From positions 150,001 to 182,000 of the forward strand of contig NZ_AP013043.1 in assembly GCF_016592615.1 (NCBI RefSeq): 32,000 nucleotides of DNA, in the 5' to 3' direction. Below the pieces are notes generated by a model. That model had not been told where the DNA came from. It saw nothing but the letters and a program-made list of their open reading frames with translations, and did no database searches. How positions within the stretch are numbered: position 1 is the first letter of the stretch; the number at the start of each line of letters is the position of its first letter. Positions 17,763 through 27,000 of the stretch are shown in pieces. A program made the translations under genes and the position numbers. The stretch comes from Isorropodon fossajaponicum endosymbiont JTNG4. GTDB lineage: Bacteria; Pseudomonadota; Gammaproteobacteria; PS1; Pseudothioglobaceae.

Positions 17763-18239
17763 TTATTCTAAAATTATTAGCACTTTTGGTGCGTTAGTAT
17801 TGGTTGCATTTCTTAAATTAGGTGTGGCTTTAATGGTGCCAGGTATGGGTGCGTAAATTTTGTATTTTTTCAGTTCAATTTCAGCAATTTTGATTTTGAT
17901 ATTGTGCGCTTCTAACTCGCGTTTGGCTTTGTCAAAAACCAATTGTATGATTTCTAAATCCCTATGTGAAGAAACTAGGCGGTCATATAACTCCTGTGTT
18001 TGTTGAAGATCCAACTGCTTGTCATCAAAATTTTGCTGGTAGGTTTTCTGTAGTGCTTTTAGGTAGTCCAGCTCTAGTTTTGCTTGTGCATTGTCAATTT
18101 GTACCAGTAAATCGCCTTGTTTAACAGAACTTCCAATAGATTTAATCATGGTAATTTCACCAGAAACCAGTGGGTATATTTCTAATGCTGCTGTATTCAT
18201 ACTAATAAATACTAGCAAAATCATCGATTTAATCTTCAT
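17763..18239 (-). CDS. Minimal periplasmic adaptor-like protein (HlyD/MFP lipoyl domain plus coiled-coil hairpin only, 158 aa)
   Basis: The order is a signal peptide, PLVSGEITMIKSIGSSVKQGDLLVQID (N-terminal half of the lipoyl domain), a ~90-aa heptad-rich segment, then IYAPIPGTIKAT...KVLIILE* (C-terminal half). The ATG overlaps the upstream stop (ATGA at 18236..18239). Confidence 0.6.
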   Translation of the reverse strand: MKIKSMILLVFISMNTAALEIYPLVSGEITMIKSIGSSVKQGDLLVQIDNAQAKLELDYLKALQKTYQQNFDDKQLDLQQTQELYDRLVSSHRDLEIIQLVFDKAKRELEAHNIKIKIAEIELKKYKIYAPIPGTIKATPNLRNATNTNAPKVLIILE

Positions 18240-19555
18240 GGTGTCTCTCCTGTAAGTAAGGCAAGTTTTTCAAAAGTAATCACAAAATCAAATTGGTTTT
18301 TGGCTAATTTGTATTCCGTATTAGTGAACTGAGTGAGTGCATCTCCAATATCGCTTTCCAACTCCATTTCATAATGTGCTCTAGCACGTTCAAGGTATAA
18401 ATCACGATAATCAAGTTCAGTGGTAAGTGATGTTTGTATTTGTTTTAACTCGTTAAGCGTGAGCCAAAGCATAAGCACTTGTGAGGATAAATTTTGTTTA
18501 AATTGTTTAATATCCAGTTCAGCTTGCTTGGCTTGCATGCCAAGTTTTGTAATGGTTTGTTGTCTGGTGGTGTTATTGCCAAGTGGCATGGTTAAATTAA
18601 TGCCAAAGCGTAATTTTCCATTTTTTTCACGCGAATAGGCCTGTTCGCCTATTCTAACGTTACCCTTAATCACAACACCATAATCGTTTTTGTGGTTGCT
18701 AATTTGATGCTTGATTGAGGATAAATCTCGGCGCATGATTTGTAGCCTGGTGTTATTTTTAAATGTATTTTCTCTTAACTCATCAAGTGATGTAAAAGGT
18801 TTAGAAAAATAATATTTTAATTCAGGTTTGGTTAAATCATCAGGGCGATTCTCATAGTTAATGCCTAGAATATCTGCTAATTTTGCACGCTTAAGAATTT
18901 GCTCAGCCTCAACTTTTATGCGCTTACTAACATCTAATTGGGTAATGGCTTGCTTTTCAAGTAACTCCACCTCTGATGCTTTATTAATGTCAAAGTCATC
19001 TTGTACATTATTTGCTCGAATGGCAGAAATTGCCAAACGTTCAAGCATGGTTTCAAGTTGCATATCAACTAAAACCACATCAAAAAAACGACGCATAATA
19101 TCAATGTTTTTTTCTTTTTTCAGGTTGGCTAGGTTTTGTTTGGCATTAGCAATTGTTTGTTGAGCGGTATTAATGCCAAGTTCAGAACTTTGTTCAAATA
19201 GAGTTTTTTCAAGGCGAATAAATGTATATGAGTCATCAACATTATCAGAGTATTGATCTCTTTGTGCTAGTTGCAAATCCAAGCTGGCTTTCAAATCAAA
19301 ATTGGATTGAGCAACTAGCAAATCAATCAAATCTGTGCTGATGATTAATTGTTGTTTTTGCACTTCAAGGCTTTGATTTTTTCCGATTTCAAGTGCTTGT
19401 TCTAAGCTTAATGGATTGGGTATTTCGATTGCTATAACAAATGACGACAGCAACACAAGAAACTCAAAAATTCCAGTATGCTTGCCCAAAATTCTTTTGA
19501 TTAAAACGAGATTAATTAAGAGTTTTATCTGATGATGGATGGTTAATAAAATCAC
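18236..19555 (-). CDS. TolC-family outer-membrane efflux/channel protein
   Basis: 439 aa. It has LSLEQALEIGKNQSLEV near the N-terminus and two long helical repeats typical of outer membrane factor proteins. The start is uncertain: GTG 19555 overlaps the upstream stop as GTGA, and internal TTG starts are possible. Confidence 0.7.
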   Translation of the reverse strand: MILLTIHHQIKLLINLVLIKRILGKHTGIFEFLVLLSSFVIAIEIPNPLSLEQALEIGKNQSLEVQKQQLIISTDLIDLLVAQSNFDLKASLDLQLAQRDQYSDNVDDSYTFIRLEKTLFEQSSELGINTAQQTIANAKQNLANLKKEKNIDIMRRFFDVVLVDMQLETMLERLAISAIRANNVQDDFDINKASEVELLEKQAITQLDVSKRIKVEAEQILKRAKLADILGINYENRPDDLTKPELKYYFSKPFTSLDELRENTFKNNTRLQIMRRDLSSIKHQISNHKNDYGVVIKGNVRIGEQAYSREKNGKLRFGINLTMPLGNNTTRQQTITKLGMQAKQAELDIKQFKQNLSSQVLMLWLTLNELKQIQTSLTTELDYRDLYLERARAHYEMELESDIGDALTQFTNTEYKLAKNQFDFVITFEKLALLTGETP

Positions 19556-20055
19556 CGATATTTGCGTTTGTGGCGTATAAACCTTTCGTTTTTGTAAGCC
19601 TTTTCAACAAAATATTTTGCCAGCAGTAAGAAATCTTTTTCATTGGCAAATCCTGTGCGCCGCACCATACGTTTGCCATTTAAATCAAAAAAAGCAAGTA
19701 CGGGCGTAGCGCCCACTAGATTGTGGCGTTTGGCAAAGATTTTTTCTAAGACGTCATTGCCGTTAAAATCAGTCAAATTCACGCTAGATTCTATGTCAAC
19801 TTCAAAGTTTAAAAAATGTTGTTTAAAGTAGTCAATAACAGGCTTTTGGCCAAGTACGTTGCGTCGCATTTTTTGGCAAAATGGGCATTCTTCCATGTGA
19901 AAAAAAATAAAAATTCCATCTTTTTTAGCGTCAATGGCATCGTCTAAATTTTCAGAATAGTCATTAAAATGCTGATCAAAAAAAGTATGACCATCTGCTG
20001 CATATGTAGAATAAGAGCAAATAAATACTAGTAATAAATAAAGAATTTTTTTCAT
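19552..20055 (-). CDS. Periplasmic thioredoxin-fold protein (CPFC motif)
   Basis: MKKILYLLLVFICSYSTYA signal peptide from ATG 20055 (the track start at 20079 is less likely). FIFFHMEECPFCQKMRRNV is a CxxC motif in thioredoxin context. Confidence 0.75.
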   Translation of the reverse strand: MKKILYLLLVFICSYSTYAADGHTFFDQHFNDYSENLDDAIDAKKDGIFIFFHMEECPFCQKMRRNVLGQKPVIDYFKQHFLNFEVDIESSVNLTDFNGNDVLEKIFAKRHNLVGATPVLAFFDLNGKRMVRRTGFANEKDFLLLAKYFVEKAYKNERFIRHKRKYR

Positions 20056-20087
20056 AAAACGCCCCAAGTTTTCAATCATTGTATCAT

Positions 20088-21044
20088 TTAATCAAACAAA
20101 GCGTTAATGAATTGCTTGGGTTGAAAGACTTTAAGATCATCAATCCCTTCACCTATGCCAATATAACGAATAGGCAAATTAAGCTCACCAGCAATTGCAA
20201 ATAAAACTCCGCCCTTGGCAGTGCCATCTAGTTTAGTGATGCTAATGCCGCTTAGAGTAACTGCTTTGTTAAATTCTTTAGCTTGATTGATAGCGTTTTG
20301 TCCTGACCCGCCGTCAATAATTAGCATGGTTTCATGCGGTGCATTTGCATTTTGTTTGGCAATGACGCGTTTAATTTTGGCCAGTTCTTGCATGAGGTTG
20401 TCTTGCGTGTGTAATCGTCCTGCCGTGTCAGCAATTAAGATGTCAATATTCTTAGCTTGTGCTGATTGGTAGGCATCAAAGATAACCGAAGCTGCATCAG
20501 CACCTGTTGTTTGTGCAATCACGGGTATTTGATTACGCTCGCCCCATACTTTAAGTTGTTCAACAGCTGCAGCGCGGAAGGTATCGCCTGCTGCTAACAT
20601 AACCGACTTACCTTGATTTTGAAAAGATTTTGCTAACTTGCCAATCAAGGTGGTTTTACCAGCACCATTAACACCCACGACTAGAATAACAAAAGTTTCA
20701 TTAATATTAGTATTAAGCTGGTTATCTTCAATCAGTAATTTGCCCAATTCATCTTTTAAGAATTGATATAAGCTTTCAGCATCTTTTAGGGTTTTCCTAG
20801 AGGCATTTTTACGTACAGATTCTAGTATTTTATCTGTGGTATTAATGCCAACATCAGCAGTGATTAATACCACCTCTAGTGCTTCTAATAAACCCTCATT
20901 AATTTCTTTTTTACCTAATAATAAAGAAGATAAGCCAGACCCTAACTTTTGTCTAGATTTATCTAAGCGTTGTCTTAATGAAGTCGGCTTGTCTGCATCT
21001 AAACCTTCTGATTTTGACTGATTTTTTTTTAAAAAATTAAACAT
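20088..21044 (-). CDS. ftsY: Signal recognition particle receptor FtsY
   Basis: An NG domain with GVNGAGKTTLIGKLA, DTAGRL and TKLDGTAKGG, after a short acidic/basic N-terminal region. 318 aa, intact, despite an A9 tract at codons 6-8. Confidence 0.95.
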   Translation of the reverse strand: MFNFLKKNQSKSEGLDADKPTSLRQRLDKSRQKLGSGLSSLLLGKKEINEGLLEALEVVLITADVGINTTDKILESVRKNASRKTLKDAESLYQFLKDELGKLLIEDNQLNTNINETFVILVVGVNGAGKTTLIGKLAKSFQNQGKSVMLAAGDTFRAAAVEQLKVWGERNQIPVIAQTTGADAASVIFDAYQSAQAKNIDILIADTAGRLHTQDNLMQELAKIKRVIAKQNANAPHETMLIIDGGSGQNAINQAKEFNKAVTLSGISITKLDGTAKGGVLFAIAGELNLPIRYIGIGEGIDDLKVFQPKQFINALFD

Positions 21045-21151
21045 AGCAATTCAAGTATAAAAAAATTAATTTTACTATTCTTTATTTTTTTCAAAGTGAA
21101 ACTTTGCATATTTGACAACGTATAATAAAATCAGTGCTCTTGGCAATATAA

Positions 21152-22094
21152 ATGATGAAAAAAAATGACTGACATACCACGTAACCGATGAGGCTCACTA
21201 TCTTAATCGGCGTAACTTTATTAAACAAAGTGCACGCTTAGGTGTGGGCTTGGCCAAGTTCAGCAGAAGGGGTTGCAAGGTGGTGGCTTGTCTGACAAGA
21301 TGATATCAACCAATTATGGCAAGGAACTGATGCTACATTCTTTCAAAGAAATTACCAATTATAATAATTTTTATGAATTTGGTACTGGCAAGCGCGATCC
21401 AGCAAAAAATGTCCATACTTTAAAACCCAAGCCTTGGCATATCAAAGTTTCTGGTGAATGCTTAAAGCAGGGTGATTACGATTTAGAGGATTTTATTGCG
21501 CCTTATCAACTGGAAGAGCGCATTTATCGCTTTAGTTGTGTAGAGGCTTGGTCGATGGCTATTCCTTGGGTGGGTGTGCCGTTAGCAAGTGTGCTTAAAA
21601 CTTTTCAACTTACCTCAAAAGCAAAATATGTGGCGTTCAAAACTTTGTTTGATAAAACACAAATACCATGGTAAAAGCGACCTACTTTGGACCGGCTTTA
21701 TATTGAAGGATTAACAATTGCTGAGGCAATGAACCCTTTGAGCTTATTAGCAGTGGGTTTATATGGCAAAACATTGCCCAACCAAAATGGTGCACCACTA
21801 CGTTTAGTTGGGCCTTGGAAGTATGGTTTTAAAAATATTAAATCGATTGTTTCAATTCATTTTCAAGAAACCGTACCACTCAATACTTGGCAAGATCAAG
21901 CTTCTAGTGAATATGGATTTTATGCCAATGTTAATCCAGCCGTGGATCATCCACGTTGGTCACAAGCATGTGAACGCGTGATTGGCATAGGAAGTTTTTT
22001 CTCACCAGAAAAATACAAGACTGAATTGTTTAACGGCTATGGTAATGAAGTTGCGCATTTATACACAGGGCTTGATTTGGTTAAGAATTTTTAA
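21152..22094 (+). pseudogene. msrP: Protein-methionine-sulfoxide reductase catalytic subunit MsrP (YedY), N-terminal frameshifts plus in-frame TAA
   Basis: Collinear with E. coli MsrP: Tat-like [91 protein letters not shown]. The N-terminal ~45 codons are spread over 3 frames (ATGATG + A8 at 21152..21165). ORFs 21273..21674 and 21687..22094 share a frame and are split by TAA at 21672..21674. Confidence 0.9.
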
Positions 22095-22101
22095 TTTATA
22101 T

Positions 22102-22677
22102 ATGGCTCTTTTTGGCAAAAGCCATTGTTGTTTGTACTACTCTTAACGCCTTTTTTTGTTATTGTTGTCTGATGTGCTTTTAGGTCATTTAATTGACCCT
22201 ATTGAGGAGATTACCAATCCAACAGGGCAATGAGCACTAAGGTTTTTGCTATTTAGTTTGTTGATAACACCGTTAAATAAAATACTACCTTTTTCATTGA
22301 TTAAATATCGTCGAATGATTGGTGTGTTTAGCTTTTTTTATGCTTGTTTGCATTTGAGTATTTACTTAATTGATCAAAATTTTGAGTTTCAATTAGTGCT
22401 TGCAGATGTGATGAAACGACCTTATACAACCATTGGTTTTAGTGCCTTTATTTTGTTGTTTTTATTGGCAATTACCTCAACTAATAAAATGGTGCGTCGT
22501 TTAGGCAAGCGTTGGAAAAAGTTACATAAATCTATTTATTTGATTATTATATTGGTTATTGTGCATTTTTATTGGCAGGCAAAATCGTCTATGGATATTG
22601 AACCGATGATTTATAGCTTGATTGCGTCGCCGCTACTTGGTTTTAGGATTAATTGGAAAAGATGGTTAAATTCATAG
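22102..22677 (+). pseudogene. msrQ: MsrQ (YedZ) heme-binding membrane subunit, N-terminal frameshift(s) and in-frame TGA
   Basis: The C-terminal 143 aa (22246..22677) align with E. coli MsrQ (LLITPL..., YRRMIGVFSFFYACLHLSIY, KRPYTTIGF, LHKSIYLIIILVIVHFYW). The same frame upstream reads ...DPIEEITNPTGQ*ALRFLLFSLLITPL, with TGA at 22231..22233. The first ~35 codons are in other frames. Confidence 0.8.
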
Positions 22678-23987
22678 CGTATATTACCTTATTCATTCAC
22701 CACTTGGCATTTTCTGAAGGATTGGGTAGCTCAAATGTGAGTATGGCAGTGCTTGATAATGGCTTTAAAATTATTATTAAAACTGACCGTCGTGCGCCTG
22801 TGTTTATCTCTCAACTTTGGTATAAAGTGGGTGCTAGTGATGAATCTCAACCCATAACAGGCATCTCGCACATGCTTGAGCATATGATGTTTAAGGGTTC
22901 ACGCGTATATAAATCAGGTGAGTTCTCGCGTATTATTGCGCGTAATGGTGGCGATGAAAATGCGTTTACCTCGAAGGATTACACCGCTTATTATCAAAAA
23001 ATGCATCAATCAAAATTAGAGCTTGCCATTAAGATGGAGGCGGATAGAATGCGTCATTTGAGTTTTTCTGATGCTGAGCTAACCAAGGAAAGACAAGTGG
23101 TGATTGAAGAACGCAGGTTGCGTGTGGAAGATAATCCTAGTGCAAGGGTGTATGAAAATTTACGACTAATTTCTTTTGATTCAAAAGGCGCTTATCATGC
23201 GCCCATTATTGGCTTTCAAGCAGATATAGAAAATTATCATTTGTCTGATTTGCGCCATTGGTATGAAACCTATTATGCACCTAATAATGCAACGCTGGTT
23301 GTGGTAGGTGATGTTAATCCAAAGCGTGTGATTGAATACGCAACCCGATATTTTGGTGAATATAAGGCGAATCCAAATATTGATAATCATAAAAATAGAC
23401 CCTCTATTGCACTTAATAAACAATCACGAGTGCTCAAGCTTAAGGCTGAATTGCCATTTTACGCAATGAGTTTTCATGTACCAAGCTTGGTCACAACGAG
23501 CAGTGAAGACAAGGCATATCAACTAGAAATGTTGGCTTATATTTTAGACAATGTCTTATCAAAAGCATTAATTAGAAGTCAACAAATAGTGTCAGGCATT
23601 AGTGTGGGTTATCGATTGTATGATAAATTTGATACTTTGTTCACTATTAGTTTTGTTCCTGCACAAGGGATTAGTAATCAAAACATCCTTCAAATGATAA
23701 AAACTCAAGTAAAAGCGTTGATTGAAAAGCCACATTTAATTGGGACCGAATTAAGGCGTACCAAGGTACAACTGGAGGCTGATTTTATTTTTGAACAAGA
23801 CCAAATCTCTACCCAGTCATACTACTTGGGCGTGCTCTCTAGTGTAGGATTGGGGGTTGATCAGTTGTTAAATTATGTAGATAGAATGAATCAAGTAAGC
23901 ACTCAAGATGTGGCTAATGTTGCTAAGCAGTATTTAGATTTTGATACGCTTAATTATGTTGAGTTGATACCACAAGGCATTAAATGA
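22662..23987 (+). CDS. M16-family zinc metallopeptidase (active subunit, HxxEH)
   Basis: HMLEHMMFKGS is the inverted zinc-binding motif, with a downstream E-rich region (ERQVVIEERR). A signal-like N-terminus is present. ATG 22662 is preferred over the TTG at 22653. Confidence 0.85.
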   Translation: MVKFIAYITLFIHHLAFSEGLGSSNVSMAVLDNGFKIIIKTDRRAPVFISQLWYKVGASDESQPITGISHMLEHMMFKGSRVYKSGEFSRIIARNGGDENAFTSKDYTAYYQKMHQSKLELAIKMEADRMRHLSFSDAELTKERQVVIEERRLRVEDNPSARVYENLRLISFDSKGAYHAPIIGFQADIENYHLSDLRHWYETYYAPNNATLVVVGDVNPKRVIEYATRYFGEYKANPNIDNHKNRPSIALNKQSRVLKLKAELPFYAMSFHVPSLVTTSSEDKAYQLEMLAYILDNVLSKALIRSQQIVSGISVGYRLYDKFDTLFTISFVPAQGISNQNILQMIKTQVKALIEKPHLIGTELRRTKVQLEADFIFEQDQISTQSYYLGVLSSVGLGVDQLLNYVDRMNQVSTQDVANVAKQYLDFDTLNYVELIPQGIK

Positions 23988-25273
23988 AATTTCTAATTAT
24001 TTTATTGTTATTGACAACTCAAGCACAAGCCAAGTTAAATATTATGCACTGGATAACGCCTGAAGGTGCTAAAGTGTTGTTTGCACAAACCCAAGACTTG
24101 CCCATGCTTGATATTGCCTTAAATTTTGATGCGGCTAGTTCTAGAGATGGTGCTAAATTTGGCTTGGCAACTTTAACTAATAGCTTGTTGGGTACGGCGA
24201 GTAAATATCATTCACAGGAGCAAATTATTGAACTGTTTGAATCGGTAGGTGCGCAATTCTCCACGCATTCTTTAAAAGATATGGCAATTGTTTCATTGCG
24301 TACGTTAACACGTCAAGATAATTTACAAGTAGCGTTAGATACATTAACTGAAGTTGTTACTCAACCAGTGTTTAAGCATAAATATTTAAACCGTGAAAAG
24401 AAACAAACCTTGCGTTCAATTAAAGCCATTAAACAATCGCCTGCTTCAATAGCATCACTTGCTTTTGATAAAGCGGTTTTTGCTGGACATCCTTACGGGC
24501 ATACAAAAATTGGCACCAAAATATCGCTTGCTAATATTTCTACCCTTGATTTGGCTCAACACTACCAGACATATTATGTGGCCAAAAATTTGACCATTGC
24601 TTTGGTGGGTAATATTAGCAAAACTAAAGCCAAACAAATTGCTAGACAAATCTCCCATGGCTTAAACAGTGGCAAAAAAGCCCAAAGCAATCCACTTGTT
24701 AAAGGGCTTAAAAAATCACAAAATATTCATATTGAATTTCCATCTAAGCAAACACATTTGTTAATAGGACAAACGGGTATTAATCGGACACATCCTGATT
24801 ATTATTCGTTATATTTAGGCAATCATATTTTGGGTGGTAGCGGACTAACCTCCATTCTAAGTGGTGAAATTCGTGAGCAAAAAGGTTTGGCCTATTCGGT
24901 GGTGAGTTATTTTACTAAGATGAGGTCAAATGGTTTTTTCTTAGTAAAATTGCAAACCAAAAACGACCAAGCCGACCAAGCCCAAAAAATTGCCATTAAA
25001 ACACTGAAAAGCTTTTTAAATCATCCAGTTAGTAGTCAGCAACTGCAAGATGGCAAAGACAATATCATTGGCGGTTTTGCCCTAGAAACGGCGAGCAATG
25101 CAAGTATTTTAACGTACTTGTCAATCATTGGTTTTTACGACCTGTCTTTTGATTATTTAAGTCGTTTTACTGATAAAATAAAAAACATTAGTGCCAAAGA
25201 TATTCAAATGGCGTTTAGTCGACTAATCGATATGGATAAGTTCATTATTTTAAGTGTTGGGCAAACTCAATAG
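23984..25273 (+). CDS. M16-family peptidase, non-catalytic partner subunit
   Basis: Same fold pattern as the upstream gene (signal peptide, two M16 halves) but without HxxEH. The start overlaps the upstream stop (ATGA), the usual arrangement for paired M16 proteins. Confidence 0.8.
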   Translation: MKFLIILLLLTTQAQAKLNIMHWITPEGAKVLFAQTQDLPMLDIALNFDAASSRDGAKFGLATLTNSLLGTASKYHSQEQIIELFESVGAQFSTHSLKDMAIVSLRTLTRQDNLQVALDTLTEVVTQPVFKHKYLNREKKQTLRSIKAIKQSPASIASLAFDKAVFAGHPYGHTKIGTKISLANISTLDLAQHYQTYYVAKNLTIALVGNISKTKAKQIARQISHGLNSGKKAQSNPLVKGLKKSQNIHIEFPSKQTHLLIGQTGINRTHPDYYSLYLGNHILGGSGLTSILSGEIREQKGLAYSVVSYFTKMRSNGFFLVKLQTKNDQADQAQKIAIKTLKSFLNHPVSSQQLQDGKDNIIGGFALETASNASILTYLSIIGFYDLSFDYLSRFTDKIKNISAKDIQMAFSRLIDMDKFIILSVGQTQ

Positions 25274-25283
25274 AAAAAGCATT

Positions 25284-25619
25284 ATGAACACAAGTGAATT
25301 ACTTTTTTCTTATGGAACCTTGCAAAATACACCAGTGCAATTAGAAACATTTGGGCGTGTGTTAGAGGGTTATGCAGATCAATTATTGGACTATCAATTG
25401 CGTCGTGTAAAAATTGAAGATGCATCGGTTGTTGAATTAAGTGGTAAAACTTATCATCCAATTGCTGTTCCTAGTGTGGGCGATTGTGTTGATGGTGTGG
25501 TGTTTAAAATAACGCAAACAGAGCTGTTTACATCTGATCAATATGAAGTAGATGCCTATCAACGTATTAAAGGTAAGTTTCAATCTGGGCAAGATGCTTG
25601 GGTATATGTTAAGGCTTAG
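25284..25619 (+). CDS. Gamma-glutamylcyclotransferase-like (AIG2/GGCT family) protein
   Basis: LFSYGTLQ is near the N-terminus, the size is ~110 aa, and the C-terminal ...DAWVYV is typical of the family. Confidence 0.65.
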   Translation: MNTSELLFSYGTLQNTPVQLETFGRVLEGYADQLLDYQLRRVKIEDASVVELSGKTYHPIAVPSVGDCVDGVVFKITQTELFTSDQYEVDAYQRIKGKFQSGQDAWVYVKA

Positions 25620-25624
25620 ACATA

Positions 25625-26979
25625 ATGAAAGGGCTTTTTAATACTGAAAATCAAAAGACAATAAGCCATTCTCAATGGTCAAACCGAGGTGTGTTTTTAC
25701 TGGCTGCAATTGGCTCAGCTGTAGGATTGGGTAATATTTGGAAGTTCCCTTATATCGTAGGTGAAAATGGTGGCGGGGCGTTTGTGTTGTTTTGGTGGGT
25801 GTGCCTGTTTTAATTGCTGAGATAGCATTAGGAAAAAGTGCACAAAGTAACCCAGTGTCAGCATTTTCAAATTTGGCGGCGGACTTGCAAGGCAAATCGT
25901 TTTCTGGCGTTATTTAGCTATGCGGAGATTTATTTCTGGGTTTTTAATTTTATCGTTTTATTCAGTAGTTGCTGGTTGGTCACTAGAGTATTTAAGCGTG
26001 TTTATTCAAAATGATTTATTGGGTAGTGATGCCAAGGCAGTAGAACAATACTTTACGCAATTATTGACCAGTCCTAATACGTTACTATTGTGGCACAGTG
26101 TTTTTATGTTATTAACCGTTGCTATTGTTGCACGTGGCGTTCGCAAGGGGATTGAAAAAATCATCACCTGGTCAATGCCAATTTTGTTTGTTATTTTGGT
26201 ACTATATGCCACTCAATTAGAAGGCTTTTCTAAGGCCTTTGATTATTTGTTTGTTGCTGATTTTTCTAAATTAACCACTGATAGAGTTTTGATTGCATTG
26301 GGGCATAGTTTCTTTACCTTATCTTTAGGTATGGGGGCGGATGATGGTATATGGCTCTTATTTGCAAAAAGACATACCTGTTGTTAAATTATCATTCATG
26401 ATTGCCATTGTTGATACTTTGGTAGCACTGATGGCTGGATTGGCGATTTTCCCACTGATTTTTACTTATGGATTGGAAAGTGCTTCTAGCTAGCCCCTCT
26501 TTATTGTTTATTTCATTGCCCAATGCGTCGCTAAATTTGCCATTTGGACAGTTTTTTGGCATTGCTTTTTTCTTCTTATTGTTAATTGCTGCTTTGTCTT
26601 CTGCGATTTCAATCTTAGAGCCGGTGGCTTCTGTTGTTCAGCAAAAAACACGCCTGTCTAGATATTTTGTTACTTATTTGATTGGTAGTATTGTTTGGCT
26701 AATTGGTGTTGGTGCTTTATTGGCGTTCAATGATTGGTCTGATGCTTACCTGCTAGGGGAAAGAAATATTTTTGATAGTCTGGATTATGTAGCCACTAAT
26801 ATTTTATTACCATTGGGGGTTTTGGTATTAGTATATTTGCTGTATGGGTTGTTGCTAAACAGGCCAACACTAGGAAATTACTTGGTATTTCAGATTTAAA
26901 GTATCCAATATGGCGTATTAGTGCTGGCATTACTGTACCGATTGTTATTGGCATTATTGCTTGGCATGGCCTAGGTTAA
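25625..26979 (+). pseudogene. Neurotransmitter:sodium symporter (NSS/SNF) family transporter, at least 5 frameshifts
   Basis: The hallmark [37 protein letters not shown] is in ORF 25625..25813. The family-like sequence then continues through other frames: [22 protein letters not shown]; ORF 25920..26387 (LILSFYSVVAGWSLEYL...); IAIVDTLVALMAGLAIFPLIF; ORF 26468..26899; and the tail ...ISAGITVPIVIGIIAWHGLG* ending at 26979. Confidence 0.9.
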
Positions 26980-27000
26980 AAGTAATTTTTGAAAACGGTA

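Noticed and set aside
21112-21126. TTGACA followed by TATAAT as a strong sigma-70 promoter for msrP
   Set aside because: The two hexamers are separated by only 3 nt, so they cannot act as a -35/-10 pair. No acceptable -35 lies 16-18 nt upstream of the TATAAT.
22231-22233. UGA recoded as Trp (alternative genetic code) to rescue msrQ
   Set aside because: TGA is used as an ordinary stop for several intact genes here: prmC at 5766, rnfE at 7168, the trx-like genes at 15371 and 19552, and the TolC-like gene at 18236. In addition, msrQ has further frameshifts upstream. The standard code with a nonsense mutation is simpler.
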